NCBI GenBank assembly: GCA_963798485.1
Contig: CAWCTR010000007.1
Location: 512,001-576,000 of the forward strand
Source of the DNA: an uncultured delta proteobacterium
Lineage (GTDB): Bacteria > Desulfobacterota > Desulfomonilia > UBA1062
Direction: 5' to 3'
Length of the DNA: 64,000 nucleotides
Shown here: one piece after another, positions 11,531 through 20,307 of the stretch
How the letters are laid out: the number at the start of each line of letters is the position of its first letter
Numbering within the stretch: the first letter of the stretch is position 1
Position numbers and translations under genes: made by a program
Notes under the pieces: generated by a model
What the model was told of the DNA's origin: nothing
Database searches by the model: none
The model's input: the letters and a program-made list of their open reading frames with translations, nothing else

Positions 11531-11538
11531 GAGCGCCT

Positions 11539-12513
11539 TCAGGCGCGATCGAGTTTCCTTAGATTCCCTTCGAGCCTGTCTGCCTTTCGGCCAACGCTGG
11601 TCAGCATGATCACCACATTGGTGCTGGCGCGTGCGCGGAGGCGCTTGTTTGCGATGATGGCCCCGGGCTTCAGATAGTGTTTCGTCTTGAGACACATGTC
11701 ATCATAATCGACCTCCACGATCCCGTGCTTTAAGACGGCAACGCTGCCCTTGGGGCTAACAGGGATTTCCTGGCCCTTGTCATAACTCAGGGTCGTAATG
11801 ACTTCAGGCAACGATTTCAGCTCTCCGTTATCTTCAAGGTCTTCCACGACCTTTTTCATGATGCGCTCGCTGTAGATACTCTCAAGGATCTGTCGCAGGC
11901 TCATATGACGCCCTTTAAGTTCACGCAAGGGTTCTGAAGACATCCTGACGAGCATGCTCTTTTCTATTGTCCTCACGGTTGCACTGCGGCATGTCCGGGC
12001 GAAAAAGCCGATCTCGCCGAACACATCACCCGGCAGCATGACACCAAGCCTTCTCGAATCACGGTAAACCTCGCAGGAGCCTGAGAGTACCATAAAGACG
12101 TCACCGCCTTCATCGTAGCGCTTCATGACAATCCTTCCCCTGGGATAGGTATTGATGTCTATGATGGAGAGCAGGTCAATGAAGGCCTCTTTCTCCAAGG
12201 CTGCAAAGAAGTTGAAGGAATCTTTTTTCAGGAATGATGCGGCGAATTCATATTCCTCTAACGCATCCCCAAGAAGACCTGCTATCGTGTATGACCGGAT
12301 GATAAGCGCGCTGACCTTCGGGATGTGACCGAGAACCGTCTTTGCCTTTCTGGATACGGCCATGGCCTTGAAGGGCAGTTGCCTTTTAAGATACTCTTTC
12401 ATGCACTCATCAAAGAGACGTAGCGCCATGTCCACATCTTTGCATGATGCGGCATGCTGAGCATCAGAGAGCAATTTGCGGGGATCTTTCGTATCTTGTC
12501 CGGATTTATTCAT
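11539..12513 (-). CDS. Cyclic nucleotide-binding domain protein with helical N-terminus
   Basis: GDVFGEIGFFARTCRSATV phosphate-binding cassette. Confidence 0.8.
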   Translation of the reverse strand: MNKSGQDTKDPRKLLSDAQHAASCKDVDMALRLFDECMKEYLKRQLPFKAMAVSRKAKTVLGHIPKVSALIIRSYTIAGLLGDALEEYEFAASFLKKDSFNFFAALEKEAFIDLLSIIDINTYPRGRIVMKRYDEGGDVFMVLSGSCEVYRDSRRLGVMLPGDVFGEIGFFARTCRSATVRTIEKSMLVRMSSEPLRELKGRHMSLRQILESIYSERIMKKVVEDLEDNGELKSLPEVITTLSYDKGQEIPVSPKGSVAVLKHGIVEVDYDDMCLKTKHYLKPGAIIANKRLRARASTNVVIMLTSVGRKADRLEGNLRKLDRA

Positions 12514-12594
12514 GAAGTCCTCCTTTCACAGCAAAGCATTCTATGGGGAGGATCTGTTCGTGGGGTATGTATCTAAAGATGTTAGATCCGGCCT

Positions 12595-13638
12595 TTATAA
12601 ATAGTGGTCCTTAATGAATCCTGCGATTTTACGGCTCGCCTGACCGTCACCAAAGGGATTATACGCCAATTCAATACATTTGTCCATCATATTAATTACA
12701 GCATTCAAAATCGTTTCCGGCTCGGCTTCAACAAGGCGGTTGGCCCCTGCCTGCACGGTCTCCGGCCACTCAGTGGTGTCGCGGACAGTCACGCATGGAC
12801 AGCCTAAGAGGAAGGCCTCCTTTTGCACCCCTCCGGAATCGGTGATTATGCACCGTGCATCTTTTATCATGGCGAGCATGGTGAGATAGCTTACCGGTTC
12901 AATGACCTTGATATGATTGTTGGCATGGGCAAGCATGTGGCCGAACATATTCTTTGTGCGGGGGTGGGCGGGGAAGATCACTTCGGTGTGATGCAAGATA
13001 CGTTTCAAGGCCTCCCAGATGGCAAGGAACCTTTCTGTGTTATCGGTGTTTTCCGCCCGGTGGATGGTAACGAGCACATACCCTTTGGTATAGGGGTTCT
13101 TAAGGCCTTCTACACATACCTGCAGGAGTGCGTCATACATGACATCACCGGTCAAAATGCCTTCTATGCCTTCGGTCTTTAATATATTCACTGCGTTGAT
13201 GGTGGGGCAGAAATGGTGATCGCTGACATGGTCCGTCACCACGCGGTTGATCTCTTCGGGCATCTTCTTGTCATAACTGCGGACACCCGCCTCCACATGG
13301 CCTATCTTGATCCCGAGTTTGGCGGCACTGAGCGCGCCTGCTAAGGTGGAGTTTGTATCGCCATAAACGACTACCATCTTCGGGTTTTCCTTGAGCAGAA
13401 TATCTTCGATGCCTTGAAGCATCTTCGCGGTCTGTCGGCCGTGGCTGTCTGATCCGATCCCGAGGGAATAGTCGGGGGCGTCCATGCCTAATGAGGTGAA
13501 ATGGACCTCCGACATGGTGTAATCGTAATGCTGACCGGTATGCAGCACCTTATAGGGTATGCCCGACTCCTTAAATGCCCGTACAACAGGCGAGAGCTTT
13601 ATGAATTGGGGCCGCGCCCCAACGATATGAAGGATTAT
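12595..13638 (-). CDS. wecB: UDP-N-acetylglucosamine 2-epimerase (non-hydrolysing), apparent ATA start
   Basis: The frame extends upstream of the track start to give ILHIVGARPQFIK...HTGQHYD; also GDTNSTLA, HVEAGVRS, PEEINR and TDSGGVQKEA. Confidence 0.9.
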   Translation of the reverse strand: MILHIVGARPQFIKLSPVVRAFKESGIPYKVLHTGQHYDYTMSEVHFTSLGMDAPDYSLGIGSDSHGRQTAKMLQGIEDILLKENPKMVVVYGDTNSTLAGALSAAKLGIKIGHVEAGVRSYDKKMPEEINRVVTDHVSDHHFCPTINAVNILKTEGIEGILTGDVMYDALLQVCVEGLKNPYTKGYVLVTIHRAENTDNTERFLAIWEALKRILHHTEVIFPAHPRTKNMFGHMLAHANNHIKVIEPVSYLTMLAMIKDARCIITDSGGVQKEAFLLGCPCVTVRDTTEWPETVQAGANRLVEAEPETILNAVINMMDKCIELAYNPFGDGQASRKIAGFIKDHYL

Positions 13639-13694
13639 GGCTTATCTCCCATAATAGATTGTAACATTGCGCCGCAGGCTAACCTTATCGGGGC

Positions 13695-14219
13695 CTACAT
13701 CTTTACAACCTTGCATACATGCTGGAGCTTGGCGGCAAGTTTTCCGCAGTCCCTCGCAGCCGACTCCTGGGTTGTGAATGTGTTCCACCGCACACAGTAT
13801 GCTTTGCCCTCTTTGTCCACCCTGAAGGAGAGCTTGCTTTTATTCTTGAGCTCCCTGGCAAAGCTGTTCGCCTTTTCCCTGCTTTTGAAGGCGCCGACCT
13901 GGATGGTATAGCTGTCATCCGGACTGGAGGAGTCCTTCTGGTTGAGGGTTTCATAGAATGTCAAACCAATGGGGGCTACCGAGCTTGTCTTGGGTTTGGG
14001 TTGTTCAGTGACGGCCTGGGGCTTGTCCTTTTCTGAAAAGGCGCTTTTCCATGTGCGCTGAATCGGATCAAGGGAGAGCTCCGAGCGGCTGCTGAAGTAT
14101 GAGAAGACAAAACTGACACCGGCGAGCAGGCCTAAAGAGAGGAAGAGCAGGGCTATATTTTTTGCAAGGGATAGTTGCTTGACGCGGCGGCCCTTTTTTT
14201 TGGTTTTTTTCTTTATCAT
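13695..14219 (-). CDS. SPOR domain membrane-anchored protein (FtsN/DedD-like)
   Basis: Basic N-terminus, TM helix, LTFYETL, YTIQVGAFKS SPOR motif; downstream of argS. Confidence 0.8.
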   Translation of the reverse strand: MIKKKTKKKGRRVKQLSLAKNIALLFLSLGLLAGVSFVFSYFSSRSELSLDPIQRTWKSAFSEKDKPQAVTEQPKPKTSSVAPIGLTFYETLNQKDSSSPDDSYTIQVGAFKSREKANSFARELKNKSKLSFRVDKEGKAYCVRWNTFTTQESAARDCGKLAAKLQHVCKVVKM

Positions 14220-14242
14220 TATTAGTACATTCTCTCCGGTTA

Positions 14243-15904
14243 TTACATGCTCTCCGGGGCATCGATGCCCATGAGCGCCAAGGCGTTGGCGATTACCTGT
14301 CTTACTGCATCGATGAGCACCAGTCTGGCTGAAGTCAATGGGGCGTTCTCTGTTATCACCCGGTTTCTATTATAAAACCTGTGAAAAGCCGTTGCAAGGT
14401 CTAAGAGATAAAAGGCTATCCTGTGGGGTTCAAGGTCTGAGGCAGCCGATACGACGATATCGGGGTAGCCGGCCAGTACCTTGATGAGGTCCAGGTCATC
14501 TCCGCTGGTAAGCAGTTCCAGATTTGCCCCTTCAAGGGTTGGTCCGGCCCCTTGTCCGGCCGCATTCCTTATGATGGAACAGATCCGGGCATGGGCGTAC
14601 TGGATATAGTAAACAGGGTTTTCATCACTCTTCTTCTTGGCGAGATCAAGGTCGAACACGAGCTGCGCATCGCACTTTCGCATCATAAAGAAGTACCGGG
14701 CAACATCCTTGCCTACCTCATTGATGATCTCTCTTAAGGTCACGAATTCGCCCGAGCGTGTGGACATGGACACCGGCTTACCGTCCCTTACCAGTGACAC
14801 AAGCTGGATGAGCAGTGCATGGAAACAGTCCTCCGGGGCGCCCAGGGCAGTGATTGCCGCCTTCATCCTGGGCACATAGCCGTGGTGGTCTGCACCCCAG
14901 ATGTCGATGAGGTGCGCAAAACCCCTGTCCAGCTTGTCCTTGTGGTAGGCGATATCAGGGGCGAAGTAGGTCAGTGAGCCATCCTGCTTTTTCAGCACGC
15001 GGTCCTTCTCGTCCCCGAAGTGTGATGTTCTGAACCACAGGGCGCCGTCCGCTTCATAGCTCAGATGCTTTTCCTTCAGGTAGCTGAGGGCATCCTCGAC
15101 CTTGTGGTCGTGATACAGGCTCGACTCGCTGAACCACTTATGGAAATGGACATTGAAAAGGCTTAAGTCCTCCTTTATACCCTGCAAGATAACCTGGGCT
15201 GCATACTCCCTGCAGATCTTGACCGCCTCGTCATGGTCCGTCTCAAGGAGGGCATTGCCATGGATCTTGATCACTCCTTCGGCGATGTCCTTGATATAGT
15301 CGCCCTTGTAGCCGCTTTCCGGGAAGAGGGAGTCCTTGCCGTGTATCTCATTGTAGCGCTCCAGTACGGAGCGCCCCAGATTGTTCATCTGGTTGCCGAT
15401 GTCATTGATGTAATATTCGGCCGCCACATCGAACCCTGCCGCATCCAGGATGCGCACCAGTGTATCGCCCACGGCCGCCCCTCTTCCGTGGCCGATGTGC
15501 AGCGGTCCTGTGGGATTGGCGCTGACAAACTCCACCTGGACCTTCTTTTTTGCGCCGTAACTGCTCTTCCCGTAGTCCCGGCGGAGTGTGGTGATCTCCT
15601 GGAGCAGGCCTGCCCATTTGACAGGTTTTATAAAGAGATTTATAAAGCCGGGCCCTGCCACCTCGACCTTCTCGATCAACTCGCTTTGGGCCTCGATGGC
15701 CTGTTTGATGATTCCAGCCACCTCCCTGGGAGACTTTTTGGCCCTCTTGGCGGCCACCATAGCCAGGTTTGATGAAAAATCACCGAACTCCTTGTTGGTT
15801 GGAATACTTATGGAGATGATATCGAGATCCAGCTCAGGGAGAGAGCCTGAAGAGATGAGGCTCTGTGCCGTATCTCTTAATAGCCGTTCCACCTTGTCCT
15901 TCAT
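14243..15904 (-). CDS. argS: Arginine--tRNA ligase
   Basis: FGDFSSN, VAGPGFIN, VEFVSANPTGPLHIGHGR, WGADHHGY, MSTRSG, YIQYAHAR; start placed at MKDKVER. Confidence 0.97.
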   Translation of the reverse strand: MKDKVERLLRDTAQSLISSGSLPELDLDIISISIPTNKEFGDFSSNLAMVAAKRAKKSPREVAGIIKQAIEAQSELIEKVEVAGPGFINLFIKPVKWAGLLQEITTLRRDYGKSSYGAKKKVQVEFVSANPTGPLHIGHGRGAAVGDTLVRILDAAGFDVAAEYYINDIGNQMNNLGRSVLERYNEIHGKDSLFPESGYKGDYIKDIAEGVIKIHGNALLETDHDEAVKICREYAAQVILQGIKEDLSLFNVHFHKWFSESSLYHDHKVEDALSYLKEKHLSYEADGALWFRTSHFGDEKDRVLKKQDGSLTYFAPDIAYHKDKLDRGFAHLIDIWGADHHGYVPRMKAAITALGAPEDCFHALLIQLVSLVRDGKPVSMSTRSGEFVTLREIINEVGKDVARYFFMMRKCDAQLVFDLDLAKKKSDENPVYYIQYAHARICSIIRNAAGQGAGPTLEGANLELLTSGDDLDLIKVLAGYPDIVVSAASDLEPHRIAFYLLDLATAFHRFYNRNRVITENAPLTSARLVLIDAVRQVIANALALMGIDAPESM

Positions 15905-16079
15905 GGGAGCCTCTTTACTCTGTATGGTCCTGGCATTGAACGCCTTGATTAAGGTGCCTCTTAATATCAATTGTGCTGTTTGTCTAGTGAGCAAAATCAC
16001 TATCCTGTGTGCTGTACACCGCCTCCAATGGTTCTTCATGCAAGTCAAACAAACGTGATGGCAAAGGGAAGTTTGAATA

Positions 16080-16108
16080 TTGACATTGATCAGGAGAGAT
16101 TCTATAAG
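16080..16108 (+). promoter_or_regulatory. Sigma70-type promoter of the hrcA-grpE-dnaK operon
   Basis: TTGACA (16080-16085), 17-nt spacer, TATAAG (16103-16108). Confidence 0.75.
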
Positions 16109-16115
16109 AGGTCTG

Positions 16116-16142
16116 TTAGCAGATAAGGGAGACGAGTGCTAA
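16116..16142 (+). promoter_or_regulatory. CIRCE operator (HrcA binding site), degenerate left arm
   Basis: TTAGCAGAT-N9-GAGTGCTAA versus consensus TTAGCACTC-N9-GAGTGCTAA; lies between the promoter and hrcA. Confidence 0.8.
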
Positions 16143-16153
16143 GGAATGATAAT

Positions 16154-17185
16154 ATGCCCGAGCTAACCCATCGAGATAAAAGCATATTAAATGCAATCAT
16201 CCGTGAGTATGTGGAAACCGGTGAACCGGTAGGGTCGAGGATTATTGCAAGGAAGTACCTTTACACCCTGTCTTCGGCGACCATCCGCAACATCATGGCC
16301 GACCTTGAGGAGATGGGCCTGTTGTATCAGCCCCACGTATCTGCAGGCAGGATACCGACCCCCGAGGGCTTCAGGTGCTATCTGAACGATATTATGGAGC
16401 TCAAGTCGCTTCCGAGGGGAGAAAAGACCATGATCTCCCGGCAGATGTCTCATGGCACCGGAGATATCATGGATACCCTCATTCAGGCGTCCGTGCTGCT
16501 CTCCAAGATTTCACAGAATGCCTCGATCATCATCCTGCCCAGGTTCGACACGTTCTTCTTCAAGCGTATCGAGTTTGTCAGGCTGGATGAGGGCAGGATC
16601 ATGGTGGTGCTGGTGAGCCGGGCGGGCATGGTGTACAACCACATCGTCCATGGAGAGGACATAGAGCAGGGCAAGCTCGATCAGTTTGCGAACTATCTGA
16701 ACGGGGCCTATGCGGACCTTACCATACATGAAATGCGCGACAGGCTGGTGAAGGAGATGTCCAGCGAAAAGGCAAAGGTGGATACGCTGATAAAGCAGGC
16801 CCTTGACCTTGGCATGACGGCGCTCAAGGCCGTGGAGGAAGTTCCTGAAATTGTTATCCGGGGAAAGGATACCGTATTCAACAAGCCCGATCTTTCAGAC
16901 CTGGGAAAGCTCCGTGATGTTGTGAATGCCTTTGAGGACAAGGGACGGATCGTCCGCATACTCAACAGGGTGCTCGAGGTGCCCGGCGTCTCGGTCCTGC
17001 TCGGTGAAGAGATGAAAAACATCGGGGTAGATAACTTCAGCATGGTGGCCACAGGCTACCATAAAAAGAACATCCCTGTGGGTTCTCTGGGCGTGATCGG
17101 CCCGATACGCATGGACTATACACGGGTGATACCGCTCGTGGGATATATGGCAAGATTCTTGAGCGAGTTGTTGGAGGACATGTAA
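16154..17185 (+). CDS. hrcA: Heat-inducible transcription repressor HrcA
   Basis: YVETGEPVGSR, SSATIRNIMADLEEMGLL.QPHVSAGRIPT, GVIGPIRMDY. Confidence 0.96.
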   Translation: MPELTHRDKSILNAIIREYVETGEPVGSRIIARKYLYTLSSATIRNIMADLEEMGLLYQPHVSAGRIPTPEGFRCYLNDIMELKSLPRGEKTMISRQMSHGTGDIMDTLIQASVLLSKISQNASIIILPRFDTFFFKRIEFVRLDEGRIMVVLVSRAGMVYNHIVHGEDIEQGKLDQFANYLNGAYADLTIHEMRDRLVKEMSSEKAKVDTLIKQALDLGMTALKAVEEVPEIVIRGKDTVFNKPDLSDLGKLRDVVNAFEDKGRIVRILNRVLEVPGVSVLLGEEMKNIGVDNFSMVATGYHKKNIPVGSLGVIGPIRMDYTRVIPLVGYMARFLSELLEDM

Positions 17186-17186
17186 G

Positions 17187-17738
17187 ATGCAAGACGAGAA
17201 GGACAACGTGAGGGAGATGAATAACAACACCGTCGAAGAGATTCAATTTGGGCAGGAGGAAGCCACCGAAGGCGCACAGGCATTAGAACCATCTGTTGAT
17301 GAGCTCAAGACGCAAATCGCAGAGCTCAAGGATAAATATCTGAGGGCCTTGGCGGAGATGGACAACATGAAGAAGCGCCAACAGCGGCAATATGCCGATG
17401 TGTTGAAATACGGCAAAGAGGCCGTCCTGAAGGATTTCCTTCTGGTTTACGACGCCATTGAGAAGTCCATCGCCTCTTCCCTTGGGCTCTTTCCGGATGA
17501 TGATAACTTCATCAAAGGCTTGAGGATGACGGAGAAACTGATGCTCGAGACCTTGAAAAAGCACGGTGTGGAGCCTATACAAACAATAAATACAGCCTTT
17601 GATCCTCATTTTCACGAGGCCTTAATACAGGTTATGAGGGATGACCTCGGGCCGGGTATGGTGGCCGATGAGATCGAAAAAGGCTTTTTGTTGAATGAGC
17701 GGGTATTAAGGCCTGCAAAGGTAGCGGTTGTTTCTTAA
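17187..17738 (+). CDS. grpE: Nucleotide exchange factor GrpE
   Basis: YLRALAEMDNMKKR, FDPHFHEA, RVLRPAKVAV; between hrcA and dnaK. Confidence 0.96.
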   Translation: MQDEKDNVREMNNNTVEEIQFGQEEATEGAQALEPSVDELKTQIAELKDKYLRALAEMDNMKKRQQRQYADVLKYGKEAVLKDFLLVYDAIEKSIASSLGLFPDDDNFIKGLRMTEKLMLETLKKHGVEPIQTINTAFDPHFHEALIQVMRDDLGPGMVADEIEKGFLLNERVLRPAKVAVVS

Positions 17739-17775
17739 ACACTAAGAGGAGAAAACATAAGGGAGGATTATTCAC

Positions 17776-19692
17776 ATGGGAAAGATATTAGGAATTGATC
17801 TGGGTACCACCAATTCCTGTATGGCTATTATGGAGGCCGGTGAGCCGAAGGTCATCCCCAATGCCGAAGGCGCAAGGACGACCCCATCGGTGGTTGCGTT
17901 CACTGCAAGCGGTGAGCGCCTTGTAGGGCAGGTTGCCAGACGTCAGGCCATTACGAATTCCGAAAAGACCATGCATGCCATTAAGCGCCTTATCGGCAGG
18001 AAGTTTGAAGACAAAGAGGTCCAGAAGGATATCAAGGTGATGCCCTTCAAGATCGTCAAGGCGGATAATGGCGATGCCGCGATCCAGATCGAAGAGAGAA
18101 GGTATGCCCCGCCTGAGATCTCGGCCATGGTCCTGCAGAAACTCAAGATGGACGCCGAGGCATATCTGGGTGAAAAGGTCGATGAGGCCGTCATCACCGT
18201 GCCGGCATACTTCAATGACTCGCAGAGGCAGGCCACCAAGGATGCAGGTAAGATTGCCGGTTTCGAGGTGAAGAGGATCATCAACGAGCCCACTGCCGCG
18301 GCACTGGCATACGGACTTGACCGGAAGAAGGAAGAGAAGGTGGCGGTGTTCGACCTCGGAGGGGGTACCTTCGATATCTCTATCCTTGAGATCGGCGATG
18401 GCGTGTTTGAGGTGAAATCCACCAACGGCGACACCCACCTGGGTGGTGAAGATATCGACTACCGCATTATCGATTTTTTAGTCTCCGAGTTCAAGAAGGA
18501 GACCGGCGTTGATCTGGGCAAGGACCGCATGGCCCTCCAGAGGCTTAAGGAAGGTGCGGAGAGGGCAAAGCACGAATTGTCTTCCATGATGGAAACAGAG
18601 GTCAATCTCCCCTTTATCACTGCCGATCAGACCGGGCCGAAACACCTCAACATGAAGCTTACCAGGGCCAAGCTCGAGAACCTGGTGGAGGACATCATTG
18701 CAAATCTCGAGGGGCCGTGCAGAAAGGCTATGGCCGATGCCGGGCTCACGCCCAAGGAGATCGACGAGATCATCCTCGTGGGTGGGCAGACACGTATGCC
18801 CAGGGTAGTGCAGAAGGTCAAGGAGATCTTTGACAAGGAGCCCCACAAGGGCGTGAATCCCGATGAGGTGGTTGCCGTCGGCGCTGCCATCCAGGGCGGT
18901 GTCTTGGGCGGGGACGTGAAAGACGTTCTCCTGCTCGACGTGACCCCGCTTTCACTCGGCATAGAGACCTTAGGCGGGGTGTTCACCAAGATCATCGAGC
19001 GCAACACCACCATCCCTACGAAGAAGACGCAGGTCTTCTCAACGGCCGAAGACAATCAGAATGCGGTTACTATCAGGGTGTTCCAGGGTGAAAGGCCTAT
19101 GGCGGGAGACAACAAGCTGCTCGGGCAGTTCGATCTCATGGGCATACCGGCCGCGCCCAGGGGAATCCCTCAGATCGAGGTAAGCTTTGATATCGACGCC
19201 AACGGCATCCTCCATGTGTCCGCCAAAGACAAGGCCACGGGTAAGGAGCAGTCGATAAGGATTACCAGCTCTTCAGGTCTGAACGAGGATGACATCAATA
19301 AGATGATCCGCGAGGCCGAAGAACATGAGTCGGACGACCGTAAGCGTAAGGAACTTGTGGAGGCGAAGAACACTGCGGACAGTCTCGCATACACGACCGA
19401 GAAGACGCTGAAGGAGCACGGCGACAAGGTTGACTCCATGACCAGGGCAAGTATAGAGAATGCCCTGGCCGATCTCAAAGAGGCACTCAAGAGCGATGAC
19501 ACCGAGCAGATCAAAAAGAAGATGGATGCACTCACTACGGCATCGCATAAGCTGGCTGAGATGATCTACTCGTCTGCGGCCCAGGGCAATGCCGGGGCGG
19601 CAGGGCCTGACGCAGGGGCCGGCGGTTCCTCAAAGCAGGCCGAAGACGTAGTGGATGCAGAATTTGAAGAGGTAAAGGGAGATAAGGGATAA
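17776..19692 (+). CDS. dnaK: Molecular chaperone DnaK
   Basis: [36 protein letters not shown]-terminal DAEFEEV. Confidence 0.99.
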   Translation: MGKILGIDLGTTNSCMAIMEAGEPKVIPNAEGARTTPSVVAFTASGERLVGQVARRQAITNSEKTMHAIKRLIGRKFEDKEVQKDIKVMPFKIVKADNGDAAIQIEERRYAPPEISAMVLQKLKMDAEAYLGEKVDEAVITVPAYFNDSQRQATKDAGKIAGFEVKRIINEPTAAALAYGLDRKKEEKVAVFDLGGGTFDISILEIGDGVFEVKSTNGDTHLGGEDIDYRIIDFLVSEFKKETGVDLGKDRMALQRLKEGAERAKHELSSMMETEVNLPFITADQTGPKHLNMKLTRAKLENLVEDIIANLEGPCRKAMADAGLTPKEIDEIILVGGQTRMPRVVQKVKEIFDKEPHKGVNPDEVVAVGAAIQGGVLGGDVKDVLLLDVTPLSLGIETLGGVFTKIIERNTTIPTKKTQVFSTAEDNQNAVTIRVFQGERPMAGDNKLLGQFDLMGIPAAPRGIPQIEVSFDIDANGILHVSAKDKATGKEQSIRITSSSGLNEDDINKMIREAEEHESDDRKRKELVEAKNTADSLAYTTEKTLKEHGDKVDSMTRASIENALADLKEALKSDDTEQIKKKMDALTTASHKLAEMIYSSAAQGNAGAAGPDAGAGGSSKQAEDVVDAEFEEVKGDKG

Positions 19693-19775
19693 GAATAACA
19701 GGCGGGGTTCCCCATGGAGCAATAGGGTAGATCCATTGGCGCCCCGCCTCATATATATCCTTAGTAATTTATACA

Positions 19776-20120
19776 ATGCCCATATATGAATACAAATGCC
19801 TGGGTTGCAGCCATCAGACAAGTTTTCTTGTCCAGGGTTATACGCCCCCTGTTGATCCCAGGTGCGAAAGTTGCGGATCACAAGACCTCAAGAGGATTAT
19901 CTCCAAGGTGAGCTATCATTCATCAGGATCTGATCGCGTATCTTCCTATAACCCCAAGGCACGAAAGACCGACAGTTTTTACAAGGACTCCCGGAACATC
20001 GGCCTGAATGCCGAGCGGATGCTTGAGAAGGCAGGGGTCAAACCCACCGAGGAATTCAAGAGCAAACTGGAAAGACTCAGGACTGATCCGGGGAGCGTCA
20101 TCAAGGATAGTGATGATTAA
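19776..20120 (+). CDS. FmdB family zinc-ribbon protein
   Basis: MPIYEYKCLGC...CESCGS. Confidence 0.85.
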   Translation: MPIYEYKCLGCSHQTSFLVQGYTPPVDPRCESCGSQDLKRIISKVSYHSSGSDRVSSYNPKARKTDSFYKDSRNIGLNAERMLEKAGVKPTEEFKSKLERLRTDPGSVIKDSDD

Positions 20121-20307
20121 TCAATAATAAGTCTTCCTTTTAAGGGAACTATCAAAAGAATTTTTCATGATAAAAATATTCCGTGCCGAAGAGTGTAAAG
20201 ACGAGGAATAATCTCTGTAAACCGGGGGTATATCCTCATAGCTGAGATCCTGTTCCGTTTACAGAGCACAGATGTTATTCCTCATATTGTATAAGGAGAC
20301 CTTTGCA

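Noticed and set aside
15905-16048. N-terminal extension of ArgS in the ORF track
   Set aside because: Non-conserved sequence overlapping the divergent promoter region; the same reasoning was used to trim the starts of fbp, hrcA, rpoZ, prsR and the META protein.
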